Assembly (NCBI RefSeq): GCF_011386835.1
Contig: NC_088811.1
Span: forward strand, 10,974,001-11,038,000
DNA length: 64,000 bases
Direction of reading: 5' to 3'
From: Chrysemys picta bellii
Lineage: Eukaryota
A program made the translations under genes and the position numbers. A model generated the notes under the pieces. That model saw only the letters and a program-made list of their open reading frames with translations, made no database searches and was not told the origin of the DNA. Positions 27,720 to 39,804 of this stretch are shown one piece after another. Numbering within the stretch: the stretch's first letter is position 1; each line of letters starts with the position of its first letter.

Positions 27720-27974
27720 TGACTAAAACTTTAGTCGTTCAGGGGTGTGCCGCTGTAAGTTCTCTAGTGTAGCTGCTCTAAGCTGATGGGAGAGAGTTCT
27801 TCCATCGGGCTTAATTACTCTAGCCCCCACGAGCAGCTGTAGCTTTCCCATTGACATAGCATTATCCACACCGGTGCTTAAGTCGGCGTAAGTTATGTCA
27901 CTCAAGGGGTAGCTAATTCAGACCCCCGAGTGACATAATTTATGTCAGCTTAAGCTGTAGTGTACCTGTAGGCC
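27720..27974. mobile_element. Degenerate MITE of the same GTGTAGA family
   Basis: Shares gctcaggggtgtg, gggagagagtt, ccacaccggtgctta motifs with 49920-50195 and the 26.8 kb elements. Confidence 0.65.
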
Positions 27975-30950
27975 AGGCACTAGTGCATTAGAACCAGAAA
28001 GTGAAATTGACTAGAAACAGAAAGCAAAATTGACCTGTTTAGTTTCGCTGTTCAAACTGTAAACTGATAAACAACACAAATTTTTTGAACACTTCATTGT
28101 GTTATAACAAAAGACAAGGTCATTTCAAGGCAAAGTTACACTTTCTTCCACTGTCGTGTTTTAACTGAAAGCCTGGGAATGTCTGCTCATGAAAAAGGAA
28201 AAAAAAAAACAATTGTTACAGTTCTTCTCCTATCACTGATGCATAGTAACTAGCATACTCCAAAATCTGGAGTACATAATAGTCTGATTCATTTTAAATG
28301 AATGGTTTAATGGCTAAACGTTAAGAAGAGTGTCATTGTGATTCTTACTCATTTGGGCCCTTTCTTTGGAATTTGATTTCTGAGCCAGAATTTCTGTAAC
28401 TGGAAGGGAGGAAGAGTAAGGAGAGACTAGGGCTCCAATGTAATCTACACATGTCATTTTTCTTTCCTAGAAGTCTGGTTCTGAAGTGAGCATAGCAAAT
28501 TGGGTGTGTAAGTTAGAACAACACTATAAATGTCATGCTGGTGAATTCTGCACTCCTCTCTCTCCATTTTGTGTGTGAATTAAGTGCCTTATCAAAAGTT
28601 CCAGGGCTTGAGGAGCTATTATTCAGATAGTATGAGAAAACTGTTGAACTGCATCCTCCACAACAGAAGTCTGTCATACTGACCAGATCAGATATGCTAT
28701 CAGAACATGAGATTCTCAGTGCTCTGGACAAGGTGAGCAATGCATGGCATCTCCACAGGTACACAAAAATGCTGGAATTAATTTATGCTTTAGAGCCTCT
28801 GTGTGCTGCTGCTAGTTCCAGTTTGCAACCATTGGTTTCTTCAGAGCATCTATACTGTATTTATAAAAAAATCTTTGTGATAAGGTGAGCACATTACCTT
28901 AAAGTGCACTTCTAACTTTGAAAAGTGACTGAAATTGGCACTAAGAGGTTCCATGTTTATTTCTTCTCAGTGATTTCCAGATCAAATGTGATCTGTTTAT
29001 AATTAAAAATGTTTTTTCTCACTGGCAGCTATGCAAACTCACCTTGGACTTTGACAGTCAAGCTAGGTTCTTTCTAGCTCACGCATCATCATAGGTAATA
29101 AAGATACTGTAGGCCAAATCAGTGACATCTGGGCAGTCCCACTGCCTTAACTGGGCTAACAGATTGGAACTTTAGTAAACAATTCTACTGATAATGCCCA
29201 GGAAAGAACAGAATTCACCTCTCTCTCCTTTAGCTATGTTGGTTCTGCAGGGCTGACAGGAATAAAAAGCAATAAAGATTTATTTTAGTCATTAAAGTCA
29301 TCTGATGTGACCCTAAATACACAAGCAGAACAGATCTTTTCTGTGAGAGAGTGCTGTTTATATAGTTACTTTTCAGAGTAAAATTGCACTTTAAGTCTGA
29401 GATTTACTTTGTAAATCATGATGCTGGTGTGTTTTGTTATACTTGATTTATATAATTCAAGAGAAGCATTGTGCACTAAACAGAATGTTCTGTAGTGGCC
29501 TGGTCTACACATGTTATATTTTGCTGGTCTTTCATGCAGTTATGTGTAATAGGTGTTTCAATAAAAAATTTGGTGATAAGCAAGTGTGTTAATTTGTTTA
29601 GCGTTTATAAAATTAATCCAAGTCTGATAGCCTAAATCTTAGAAGCTTTTCCACAGGGACAATCCTTAACCCAGCACAGAGTATCACCAATAGCAATGGG
29701 ATTCTGCATGGGTGAAACAGTCTGCCTATACAGAGCAGCTTGCTGGACTGAAGTCATAGTTCTATTGTGAATACTGATCATTCCTTTCTATTGTACCACT
29801 AGAACCCACAAACCAACACAGCATCAATTTCTACTTTGATTATCCAATCTTGGTCCTAATAAAATCAATGGCAAAACTCCTGTTGACTTCAATGAGACCA
29901 GGATGTGGCATTTTTATAATTAATTTCCTAGCTATGAGGACTTTTTGGAATAGCTACCTTCCCCACAATAACAGAGATGTAGCTAATGAGTATGGGTCAG
30001 TGGGTTGCGTTCTTGCCTCTGGGCAAAATGATCCCACATTAAAACATGATATTAGACAAAATGTGACACTGTTGTGTTGAACTGTTAAAGATGTCATCTT
30101 TCCGAGGAGTTGCCAAATTGAGAGCTATTTTGCTATTCCTGTACAGGCAGGGCAATAACTACTCCTCCAGTATAAGTCACTTTTATACATAATTCTGTGT
30201 CCACAGGGAGTTATACAAGTATAACAATTTTAATAAAAATATCACACCCCACCCTAAAAAGTTATCAGTAAAATTTTCAAATGCTGACCAGCCCTAAACG
30301 ACCCCAGAAATATTGAAAATCTAGTATTCACACAAATAATCCAGTTCACTGAATAAATTCAAATAACAAATACATTTACAGGAATTATAATCTGTTCACA
30401 GATGTGCTGCAAGTGGGATAAAAAGGCTAAATTTGTCAGATAAATTATTCATTGTGCTCAGCTGCACTGTATTATGAGAATATTATGTTTATACTACACA
30501 TTTCATCCATCCAGAAGAAGCTTAAAATATTTTACAAACAATATGTCTGCTTGGAATCACTTTATCTAATACTGAGATGCTACCATCTCCATGGTGGAAT
30601 GTAACAGCTGCCTAGCTGTGCACAGCAACACTACACAACAGTACAGAACTTTGAAACTACAGAGGAATTTATGGGGCAGAATTAAATTACTCATATTGGA
30701 ATTTGGCCAGCACTCTGGGCTATGCTTACAAAATGAGCTCAATTGTAAAGGATACTTTTTTATGTCTCATCTTAAAGCTGGCAATTCAAGCAGTATAGCC
30801 TCTATACGTAGGCTTATAGTTTGGTACTGATTTAAAGGGAAGAGCTCCACCTACTGAACTATTAGCATAACTTTCTACACTATGTAAGTTTTCTCTGGAA
30901 GTTTCCTATCTGTCTATGTTCTTATGCAGCACCCATCACCATAACATTTC

Positions 30951-31040
30951 AGGCCCAGATCCTTGAAGGTATTTAGGCTCCTAACTTCCATTGATTTCCA
31001 TGGAGGCTAGGAGACAAAATACCTGCGAGGATCTGGGCCT
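30951..31040. repeat. 90-bp hairpin repeat (small MITE-like element)
   Basis: AGGCCCAGATCC...GGATCTGGGCCT with further internal pairing (aggtattt/aaatacct, ctcctaacttcca/tggaggctaggag). Confidence 0.75.
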
Positions 31041-31639
31041 TATGCCCTTCCAAGCAGTGACCCAGCTGAACCCTCCTTACTGTGGGAGAGATGCCTGGAA
31101 GGATTATGCCAAAATAACCCTTTCATCTGTGTAACATTTATCTTTCTAAGAAGCAAGAACAGAGCCCTTTTTGGTTCCTACATTAACCACTAAATAAATT
31201 ATATGCAGATTTTAACTCTTTGACTGGGGGAAATGCTATTTTATAAACTACAAAATGTTTGTCTGGGTCATTCCCTGTTACACTATATGCTAGAGAACAA
31301 TACCATTTTCAGAAGAGGAAGAATAGCTTGGCATCCCAGTATTCTACTTCCATGGTCACATGGGTCAAGTAGGCACAATTGTTAGCTCCAGAAATGTGGT
31401 CAGAGTTTTGAAACCAGGTTTGTGAAATCCTGGCTCTTAATCCAGCCTGACCTGAACCCACTGATTCAGCAGCAGCTAAATAAATATAGTAGTTGGGACT
31501 GTTTCCTCATTCAACATTCTGACTAATATAAATGTCAATGTCACCATTATTTTTTGCTACAACAGCAGCACAGTCTGGGTTAAAGTTTAAAAGCCACATC
31601 ATTTTTCTTCTTTCAGATATTTATAGGTTCCTCTGTGTC

Positions 31640-31760
31640 GCTCATCACTATAGCATCTGAATACCTCACACCTGTGACTAAATTAATCCTCAGAACACAT
31701 CTCTGAGATAGGGAAAATATTGTTATCCCCATTTTACAGATGAGGAAACTGAGGCAGAAC
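31640..31760 (-). mobile_element. MIR/CORE-SINE remnant
   Basis: ttatccccattttacagatgaggaaactgaggcag, the reverse complement of the MIR core. Confidence 0.8.
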
Positions 31761-32694
31761 AGTTAAAATGATCTGACTTTCCCATATACACATCTTTGGC
31801 GAACTCTGGAGCTCCTAGCCTCATGCTTAATCCACTAGTGATTACTAGACTAGAGTTTCTCAACCAATAGGCTGCGACCCTCAGGGGGAAGGAGGAGGAG
31901 TTGAAAGATGTTGTAATAAAAATTTAAATCTAAAGTAAAGAAAATCTTGCTCCCTATACAGCCCTATTCTTCAAGGTCAAGCAGTCTCAAAACACACACA
32001 AATAATATAGGCTTATTGTTATAATTCATATGTTTTATACTCATAGTAAATCTAAGGTGGTCATGAACATTTTTTTGCTTTGAATAAGAAGCTGATAACC
32101 TGAAAAGAAACACTGTGCTAGACCATACTGCCTCCTGGCTTTTATTTATGTACACAATGGAGAAAGGTCACTTCACAACAGAAAAATAAAGGAATCAAAA
32201 TATTGGAATCATCTCAATTCCACATGTAAAAGGGGTAAGGGCTTCTGTCATCTTTATTCTCCCAAATTCAGTCAATTACTACATGCCTGGACTCTCATTC
32301 CCCTTTCCATGCAGAAAGACTTGCTTAGCAGAATACTGATTACTTTAGCTACTGAAAAAGGTAAAGTCCCACCACCTAAGGATAAAGGATTCCTTGCACT
32401 CTACCCCTCTTCCTCCACTTGAAGACAGGAAATTCTCTACTGAAATCACCCTCTGCTCTGATCCTTATGTACTGTGCCTCCATATGTAGCATTTGATGTA
32501 GCATCACAGGGATGAATTGTTCAACATATCCATGTTACCGTGTGCATTCCCTTTACTTGATCAGGCTTTGTGTGTATTAAAGAACTAGCAGGTCATGTCT
32601 TTTATCTATATAGAAGACAGCACTTTATACTTTTATTATTAATTATTGTTGTTATTTCTGAGGGTTTAAAAGTGTTTTTCAAATATGGACATTA

Positions 32695-32812
32695 CTATTC
32701 ACATTTCACATATGGGGAAACTGAGGCACAGTTACAAAGAAATTCAGTGACAGAGTTGTGAATTAAATCTAGGTCTCTTGACTCCCAGTCTCTTGCTCTG
32801 ACTACTAGACCC
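32695..32812 (-). mobile_element. MIR/CORE-SINE remnant
   Basis: atggggaaactgaggcacag...ggtctcttgactcccagtc...ctctgactactagacc. Confidence 0.7.
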
Positions 32813-33717
32813 ACTCCCCATCTGACAATGTTCCCAGACTGAGGACAGGGAAAGGATTTGAGCAAGAAAAGTGGCGATCAAAACTACTGCAATCACTGTG
32901 CACTCTGGCAACACAGCTGGATTCCAGGTTGTCTTGGACATAATTCACAGCATAAAAAGACCTCAGAACACAGAAGAGGAAACTAAGAAACACAGAGGTT
33001 ACATGATCAAGGTCATTCACTGTAGAGCCAAGAATCAGAATCAGATTTCAGGTTTTTTTGCTCTAACCACTACACTATACTGCCTTCTATTCCCATCCGG
33101 ACATCCACAAAAGGAATTAATATAATTCTTCTGTCATAATTCAGAAACAAGAGGAATGTGCACTGTAGTTTCTAATATTGTGGTATGGAGGTCACCTTTC
33201 TCCCCAATAGAAGGTCATGCACAGCATAAGGATCAGTCCTTTGTGCCTCTGTTAGCACACATCATATTTATAATAAGGAGATTAACTTTCCCCAGACTCA
33301 TGCAGGTTTCCAATCTAGGAGCCTGGGTCTGATGCACCTGCATTGGCCCTCACTTACTAACTACGAAATCTGTCCCTGATTCCCTTGTTAAACTGATGGG
33401 GGCAGGGAGTGACCATGAAGAGGTTAAACTATTCACTCGTTTCCCCACTGTGACTCATGGGCCAGTAACATTTGCTCCACACAAAGATTTCAGACAGTGT
33501 GACCTTTCCCCTCCAATCCCAGCTGAAGCTAATTGTACTTCCACCCCCTCTTCCACTTCTTGGTTGGCCAGTGGCACCTTCCCACCAGCAAGGCTGTCAG
33601 CTGTAACCCCTCCCACAATTCCCCTCATATAGGGCCTAGCTGGTAGATACCCTCTCAGTTCTTTCTGTCTGGTCAGTGTGCACTTCCCTTTGGGGCTCTT
33701 GCTCTAACAGCCTAGCC

Positions 33718-33790
33718 ATGCCTGTGGATTTCAGTGGCACCTGGAACCTCATGAGCAGTGACAACTTTGAAGGTTACATGCTGGCTTTGG
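33718..33790 (+). CDS. RBP7: RBP7 (cellular retinol-binding protein IV) coding exon 1 (MPVDFSGTWNLMSSDNFEGYMLALG)
   Basis: GCCATGC start context. GTW and NF-E-Y FABP/CRBP signature. 73 nt. Donor G|GTAGGT at 33791. Confidence 0.96.
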
Positions 33791-34502
33791 GTAGGTGAAA
33801 ATTATAGAATTCTATGCCTAGGGGTTTGAACTCTGCTAAAATCTAGGGGTGGCTGAAGTTTTCCTTCTCTGGGTGGGGGGAGGGGGCAATTATTGTCTCC
33901 TTACAGGAGGACCTGATTTCCCCCTTCTTTCTTTCCCATAAGTAAGAAAAGGACTATTCCCTCACTTGCCTGTCTGATCAGTGTATGGTGTGGGATACAA
34001 TGTAACTAATCACTAGTATGCTGTTACTTTCAGGAGTCCTTGCTCCCTGTAGTGAAGTTTGATATCTGTCCTTGGTTGGTGCCTTTCTCATGGGGAATTA
34101 GCAGTACTGCTGTACGTGTGTGTGGACCCCTGCTAGTGGGAGGGAGTGATTTCTTCAGCTGTGTCCCCTCACTATCGTCACTCCTTTTGAATATACACTT
34201 GCCTTATCTGCAAGAATAAGGCTTTTTTTCAGAAGCGCTCCCCACAATAAGATGTTCTACATCCAGGTAACATCCTTACTAGGGCTATAAGGAAGCTATG
34301 AGGTACACTCTCTTTCTCTGTCAGTGACAAGGTCTTTGATCTTTCCTGTTGCTAAACATCTGACTATTTAAATGCCAATCCTCTAATACAGCAAGAGTGG
34401 TGTCTAGCAGACCACTGCTGCAAAATCACTTTCACTGTGGTGACCCCGAATAGGATGATAAGCATATCCTCTTTAGTAGTTCTTTCTCTGCCATGCTTTA
34501 GG

Positions 34503-34852
34503 TCAGTGATTCTCAACTGGTGGAGATGTGAGCAGGTTGCAGGGGGGCCTCCAAGCAGGGCCAGCATTAGATTTGCTGGGGCCCAGGGTAGAAAGCTGAA
34601 GCCCCACTGCATGGGGCTGAAGCCCTAAGCCCTGCCATCCAGGGCTGACACTGAAGCCTGAGCAATGTAGCTTTGTAGGGGCCCCTGTGGCATGGGGTCC
34701 CAGGAAATTGCCTGGCTTGCTACCCCCTAATGCTGGCCCTGGCTTTTTATATGCAGAAATGCAATTGTGGCACAGGTGGGTCATGGAGTTGTTATAGCAT
34801 GTTGGGGGGAGGGCCTCAGAAAGAATCTAGAGCAGAGGTTCTCAACCTTTTT
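34503..34852. mobile_element. Composite hAT-type element with an inner perfect TIR pair (34556-34741)
   Basis: Outer start CAGTGATTCTCAAC. Inner CAGGGCCAGCATTAG / CTAATGCTGGCCCTG (15/15). The right outer TIR appears in inverted orientation. Confidence 0.75.
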
Positions 34853-35923
34853 AACTTCTGAAACTAGCATCTGAACTGCTGATAAGAATGGGGTCAGACC
34901 AATTATATGCAATAATGAGGAGAATGTGGGAGAGGAACTAGAAAGGGCCTCAGTGCTGTAATACTTTTGTAGTGTAACAGCAAGTGTAGGCTGTGCCTTT
35001 AGAACCTGTAACAAAACTGGGAAACTTTGTTTTAGTAAGCTCCTAAGGTGTCTAAGTGTGGTGAATGGCCCTGACTCTTTCCAACAGTTATGCACTCAAC
35101 TTAAATATATTGCTTAGTGTTGGTCTTAACTTGACTCTTTTTTTTTTTGGACATTGCTTAATGTTCTAAATGGCTTAGAACTTTTTTCATCCAATATTGG
35201 TAATATATTGAAGGATCCTCTTCTAGTAGTAGTACCACATCCTTGGTCTGAAGATAATGTTCTTGAATCCCCTCTGAGGACTAATATACTCTAACTTTTT
35301 AATAAAGACAAGTCCTTATCTCCAAGTCTTAATCATTGCACATGCAAGTCCATATGTTGCAGGGAACAAGACAAAGTAGGCTGAGACTTTTCAGCCTCTG
35401 CTGCATAAAAGCCTATACTGGAGTCTATCTCAAATATATGACCATAGGAAGACTGAAAAGTATCTTATTTTAAATCTCCTTTTTAAATGAAGCTGGATGG
35501 ACACAAATTATACAATGAGAAGGTTTATTTTCTATCTTGCCTCGGTCTGTCTCTAGCACGAAGAAGATTGCATTGAAGTTCAGTAGCTCAGAGCAGGGAT
35601 ACCATGCTTTCTATTAAATACGGTTTTTGACATCCTGTTTCCTATCCTACAGGGAAACTGCCAATAGATGAAGAATTATTTGCAACTAATTAATTTGCAA
35701 ACTGGACACCATCAGATTAGGCCTGAATAAAGACTGGGAGTGGTTGGATCATTATAAAACCTAGACCTAATTTCCCCCTACTGTGACTCATACCTTCCTG
35801 TCAACTGTCTGAAATGGGCCACTCTCATTACAACTGGAAAAGTTATTTTTCCTCCCTTGGTATCCTGCTGTTAATTAAATTGTCTTGTTAAACTGACTTC
35901 ACACTTGGAAGACAACTCACATC

Positions 35924-36087
35924 TTTTCATGTATTTATCCCTGCTCCTGTATCTTCCACTCCATGCATCTGATGAAGTGGGTTCTAGCCCACAAAAGCTT
36001 ATGCCCAAATAAATTTTAGTCTCGAAGGTGCCACAAGGACTCCTTGTTTTGCTGATACAGACTAACACTGGTACCACTCTGAAACCT
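35924..36087 (+). mobile_element. Penelope-like element terminal remnant containing a hammerhead-like motif (35965-36004)
   Basis: gcatCTGATGAagtgggttctagcccacAAAagcttatgc...aaggtgccacaaggactcc...gatacagactaacac, homologous to the 23 kb palindrome arm. Confidence 0.8.
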
Positions 36088-37403
36088 CCCAATGAATGTT
36101 CACCCTGCCTAAACAGGGGAGTAGAAACTTGCATGAATCCCCTTGATGAATGGGAGTTGGTCTTGTCTCTCTGAAGAGACTGAGGAGCAGCTGAGTTAAA
36201 TGTAATGGCTGCTCCTAAAAGACTGTCTCCATTGCCAGTGAACTTGAACATTAATGCATGTAGTGTTCTGAACTAACAGCTCAGGGATACAGGCCCTTGC
36301 CAGTGACTATTGCCACTGAGTAGTTGTCTCATGCTCCATATGAAAAGAATCTGATCTTGCAGACTCGCTACTGATCAGCAGCTGTTGCATGGCAATTGAC
36401 AGTCCCTGGAAATGGCTTGAGTTTAAACAATCAGCCTGGTGATGGTCCTGACATGTGAACAGTTAAAATTACTTAGGGAAAGAAATGTGAGGATTCTTGT
36501 GGCTGCATGGGTAGCAGTAGTGCCCTCTCTGTTTAGAGAGCAAGGACAGACAGTTTACCTTAAAAATGCAAGATTATTCTTTGAACTATTCAACCAAATG
36601 GCTAAGTGGCTTGGTTTGGCTGCCAAAACCATAAGTGTCTAACTCTGCTTTTGACAGCCCCTTGCCCTCTACTGATTATAAATACTACATGTGTAGGGAA
36701 AACGCCATGCTGGTAATCATCAAAAAGATAAACAGGTCCTTAATGGAGCAAATAACACTAGACAACAGGTGTCTAAGCTACAGTGGGTACATGTTGCATA
36801 CTCTGTTGGACACGTTGATGTGAACAGTTCCTTGTAACAAAGGAATAACCAATAACCTGGAGAGCTCTGTACCCCACGGTTAGGAAGCTCTAAGACCAAA
36901 TTCTGTGGCGGTTTGTTTTTGATTACACATGCATATCTCATCTGATGTCAACTTTATCTGGGTCAGCATAACTAAGTACAGGCCAAACTTTACCTTCACT
37001 TCTACCACAGCAGTAGCATCCATCAGGTTGTAATAATACAGCAGAAGTCAATATAGTAAACACCTGTGCCAGCACTGGCACACTACTATGACTGGCCAAT
37101 AGTGTAAGGTGACCCATCTAGTTGAGAAACTCTCTCCTGTACCAGGCTAATCAAATCCCAGCAACCTAGCTTGGGAGTTGCAGTCCCATGCTTGGGAGTA
37201 AAATACTAGGTAGACACATTGTTGAAGAAAACTGCCTGAGAGAGGGGGGCCTTTCATGTACCTCTGACATAGAGCCACACTAGCAGCACCCAAACCTGGA
37301 TTGGCTCTGGGAAGCATTCTGGTGGGCAGCACTGATTACAGTGTAGCCTGGGTCTTGTAGGCTGGCAAGTACAAAAACATTTATGATAAATCTCTCTCCT
37401 AAG

Positions 37404-37582
37404 GTATTGACTTTGCAACTCGCAAGATAGCAAAAATGCTGAAGCCACAGAAGGTGATTGAACAGGAAGGTGATTCATTCTCCATCCAAACCACCAGCAC
37501 TTTCAGAAGTTACTTTGTCCAGTTCAAAATTGGAGAGGAGTTTGAGGAAGACAATAAAGGCCTAGATCATAGAAAATGCAAG
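37404..37582 (+). CDS. RBP7: RBP7 exon 2 (IDFATRKIAKMLKPQKVIEQEGDSF...GLDHRKCK)
   Basis: CTCTCCTAAG|GT acceptor and AAG|GTAAAA donor. 179 nt. Contains Lys40 (mature numbering). Confidence 0.96.
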
Positions 37583-37903
37583 GTAAAAAAAAGCTGTACC
37601 TGCTCAAATCACAAGGCAAAAATCCACCAAACTGCTTCAACTGATCAATGATAAATTGTTAGTGTTGGGACCTAAATTTTGTCCTCAAACTCTTAAAGAA
37701 GGAACCCTCAAGTTTCTTGGGAGGTGGGGATGGGGACTACTTATTTACTCCATGGCATACATGTGAGATTTAAGGTAGCCCACTTTCTACAGAGCATGAT
37801 GTAGAAGCACTAACTGTGGGGAGCAACTTACACCACATTCTTGTAGCACCTCTCTCTTACCCTGGTAAGACTAAAATTAAGTGTGTGTCTCTCTCACATG
37901 CAG

Positions 37904-38005
37904 AGTGTGGTTACCTGGGACAATGACAAGCTTGTTTGTGTCCAGACTGGAGACAAGAACAACAGGGGCTGGACTCATTGGATTGAAGGAGATCAGCTAT
38001 ATCTG
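37904..38005 (+). CDS. RBP7: RBP7 exon 3 ([34 protein letters not shown])
   Basis: CACATGCAG|A acceptor and CTG|GTATTC donor. 102 nt. GWTHW gives His108, typical of CRBP-IV rather than the Gln108 of CRBP-I/II. Confidence 0.96.
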
Positions 38006-38571
38006 GTATTCAGTTGTATTCCAATTTTGAATTAACTTCATGGCTCTGCATGATGGCTGTCGGGATCTATACTGCTTTGGTTTGGGTAACTGGTATGTTC
38101 CCATGCAATTCTCGGTGCAGTGGATGCTAGGGTCTACTAACATAAACATGACCAGGAAAGGAAGAATCTACATGCATGTGGTTGGTACAGAGGCAAGGAC
38201 TCTACTATCTTTGGGAGAAGAGACTTCTCCTGTAGTAGACTTCTGAAATGGCTTGGAAGCATTTAAGTATCAAAATCTGACTTTTCTGTCTCAATCTTGT
38301 ACCTGGGCTTGGCATTCCTGAACTTCCTCTAGAGTTGGGACTCTTGTCTATCCACCCTATTGTTTGAGTGCCTATCTCTGGGTATTGCAACAGGGACAAA
38401 AGACTACTTAGAACATAACACTAAATGTTAAAAGCTACTAGACTCCATGCTTTAAGCATTGCAAGAAGGATACATGAGCCTTGGAAGAGAAGTGTGTGTG
38501 TGTGTATATATAAACTTCCACCCTCTTCACTTGCTCCATTAGTTCTCAGGGTAGTATTCTCTCCTTCTCCT

Positions 38572-38594
38572 CCCCCCCCCCCCCCCCCCCCCCC
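38572..38594. repeat. Poly-C homopolymer (23 nt) in RBP7 intron 3
   Basis: Directly visible. Confidence 0.9.
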
Positions 38595-39254
38595 AGTCCT
38601 CCAAAAGACCGAGTGACCTCGGCAAGATGAGAATTGGCCACCTCATGCCAGACAACCTTAGCCTGAGAATTTACCAATGTACATTGCCAAAGAGCCACAG
38701 TAAAAAATCAGTAACCCCCAATCCTAGTGCCTCCCACCGACAGCAGCCCTGCCAATCAGTGCTTCCCCCATACCTCCTGATTAGCTGTTTTGTGGCATTC
38801 AGGAGGCTTGGGGGCTTGAACAGTGAGCACCCCTGGCACATTGGAAAGCTGGCACCTGTAGCTCCAGCCTCAGTCAGTGCCTATATAAGGAGCTGCATAT
38901 TAACATCTGAAGAGCCACAGGTTGGCCACCCCTGCATTAGATGAACCTGTAAAACAGGAATCCCTCTGCGGGAGGGGGGGGGCAGGCATTGAAGAGAATG
39001 CAGGGGACTCAGAAGAAATACAGCCAAGCCCTCTGAGCCAAGTTTACATTCAGAAAAGAGCTGTGGGGGTAGGTGAAAAGAGTGGGCCAAAACCCCGGAA
39101 AGGGATAGCAGTGATAGTGAGAAATTGCCACTCTGCCTGTGGCACTTATGTGGCCCCATCACCATGGTATTGGAGTAGCTCACATCACAGCCCTGCAGTC
39201 AGGTAAAGCAGTGCTGTTATTCCCATTGTACAGATGAGGCACTGAGAAACACAC

Positions 39255-39376
39255 TAGAGTGTCCAGGTGCCCCAATTTTTATAGGGTCCATCCTGATATT
39301 TGGGGCTTTGTCTTATATAGGTGCCTATTAACCTCCAGCCTGTCCCAATTTTTCAGACTCATTGTCTGGTCACCGT
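39255..39376. mobile_element. Small hAT-like MITE (TAGGGTGACCAG family, degenerate)
   Basis: tagagtgtccag ... ctggtcaccgta terminal inverted similarity. Confidence 0.6.
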
Positions 39377-39804
39377 AGGACACAGACTAAAGGCCAGATT
39401 TTCAAAGGCACCTAGCAGGGAAAATGTTGTCCCTGAGCCAATACACATGATGTGTAATTCTGGATAAGATGGCTCAGATATTTAAGTATGAAGTGTATAG
39501 TTGACCTGACATTCACTGTCATGTTAATATCTGAGTGGAGGCACTGATGGCAATAGTTTGATTTGGCTAGAAGACTTGACCTCCAACTCTCTTTCAAGAG
39601 GAAGAGCTGTCAAGAGCTCCTGTGCTGTCTTCCTTTCCTGTGTGCAGTGGCCCTGAGACCAAGTCTCCATTTTTTTCCCCCCTCAACTTAAAATGTGGAG
39701 TATTCTTGGTGTTTGGGTTTTAAATATTCTCCTGTGAAAACTGCAACTGAAAAACTGTAGTGTTTAGAGGCTAGTTACTTTCCAGAAGGGCCTTACACAG
39801 AAGG

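Noticed and set aside
38880-38890. CCTATATAAGG as a CArG/SRF box
   Set aside because: It has seven A/T bases between CC and GG, not the required six. Kept only as a TATA candidate.
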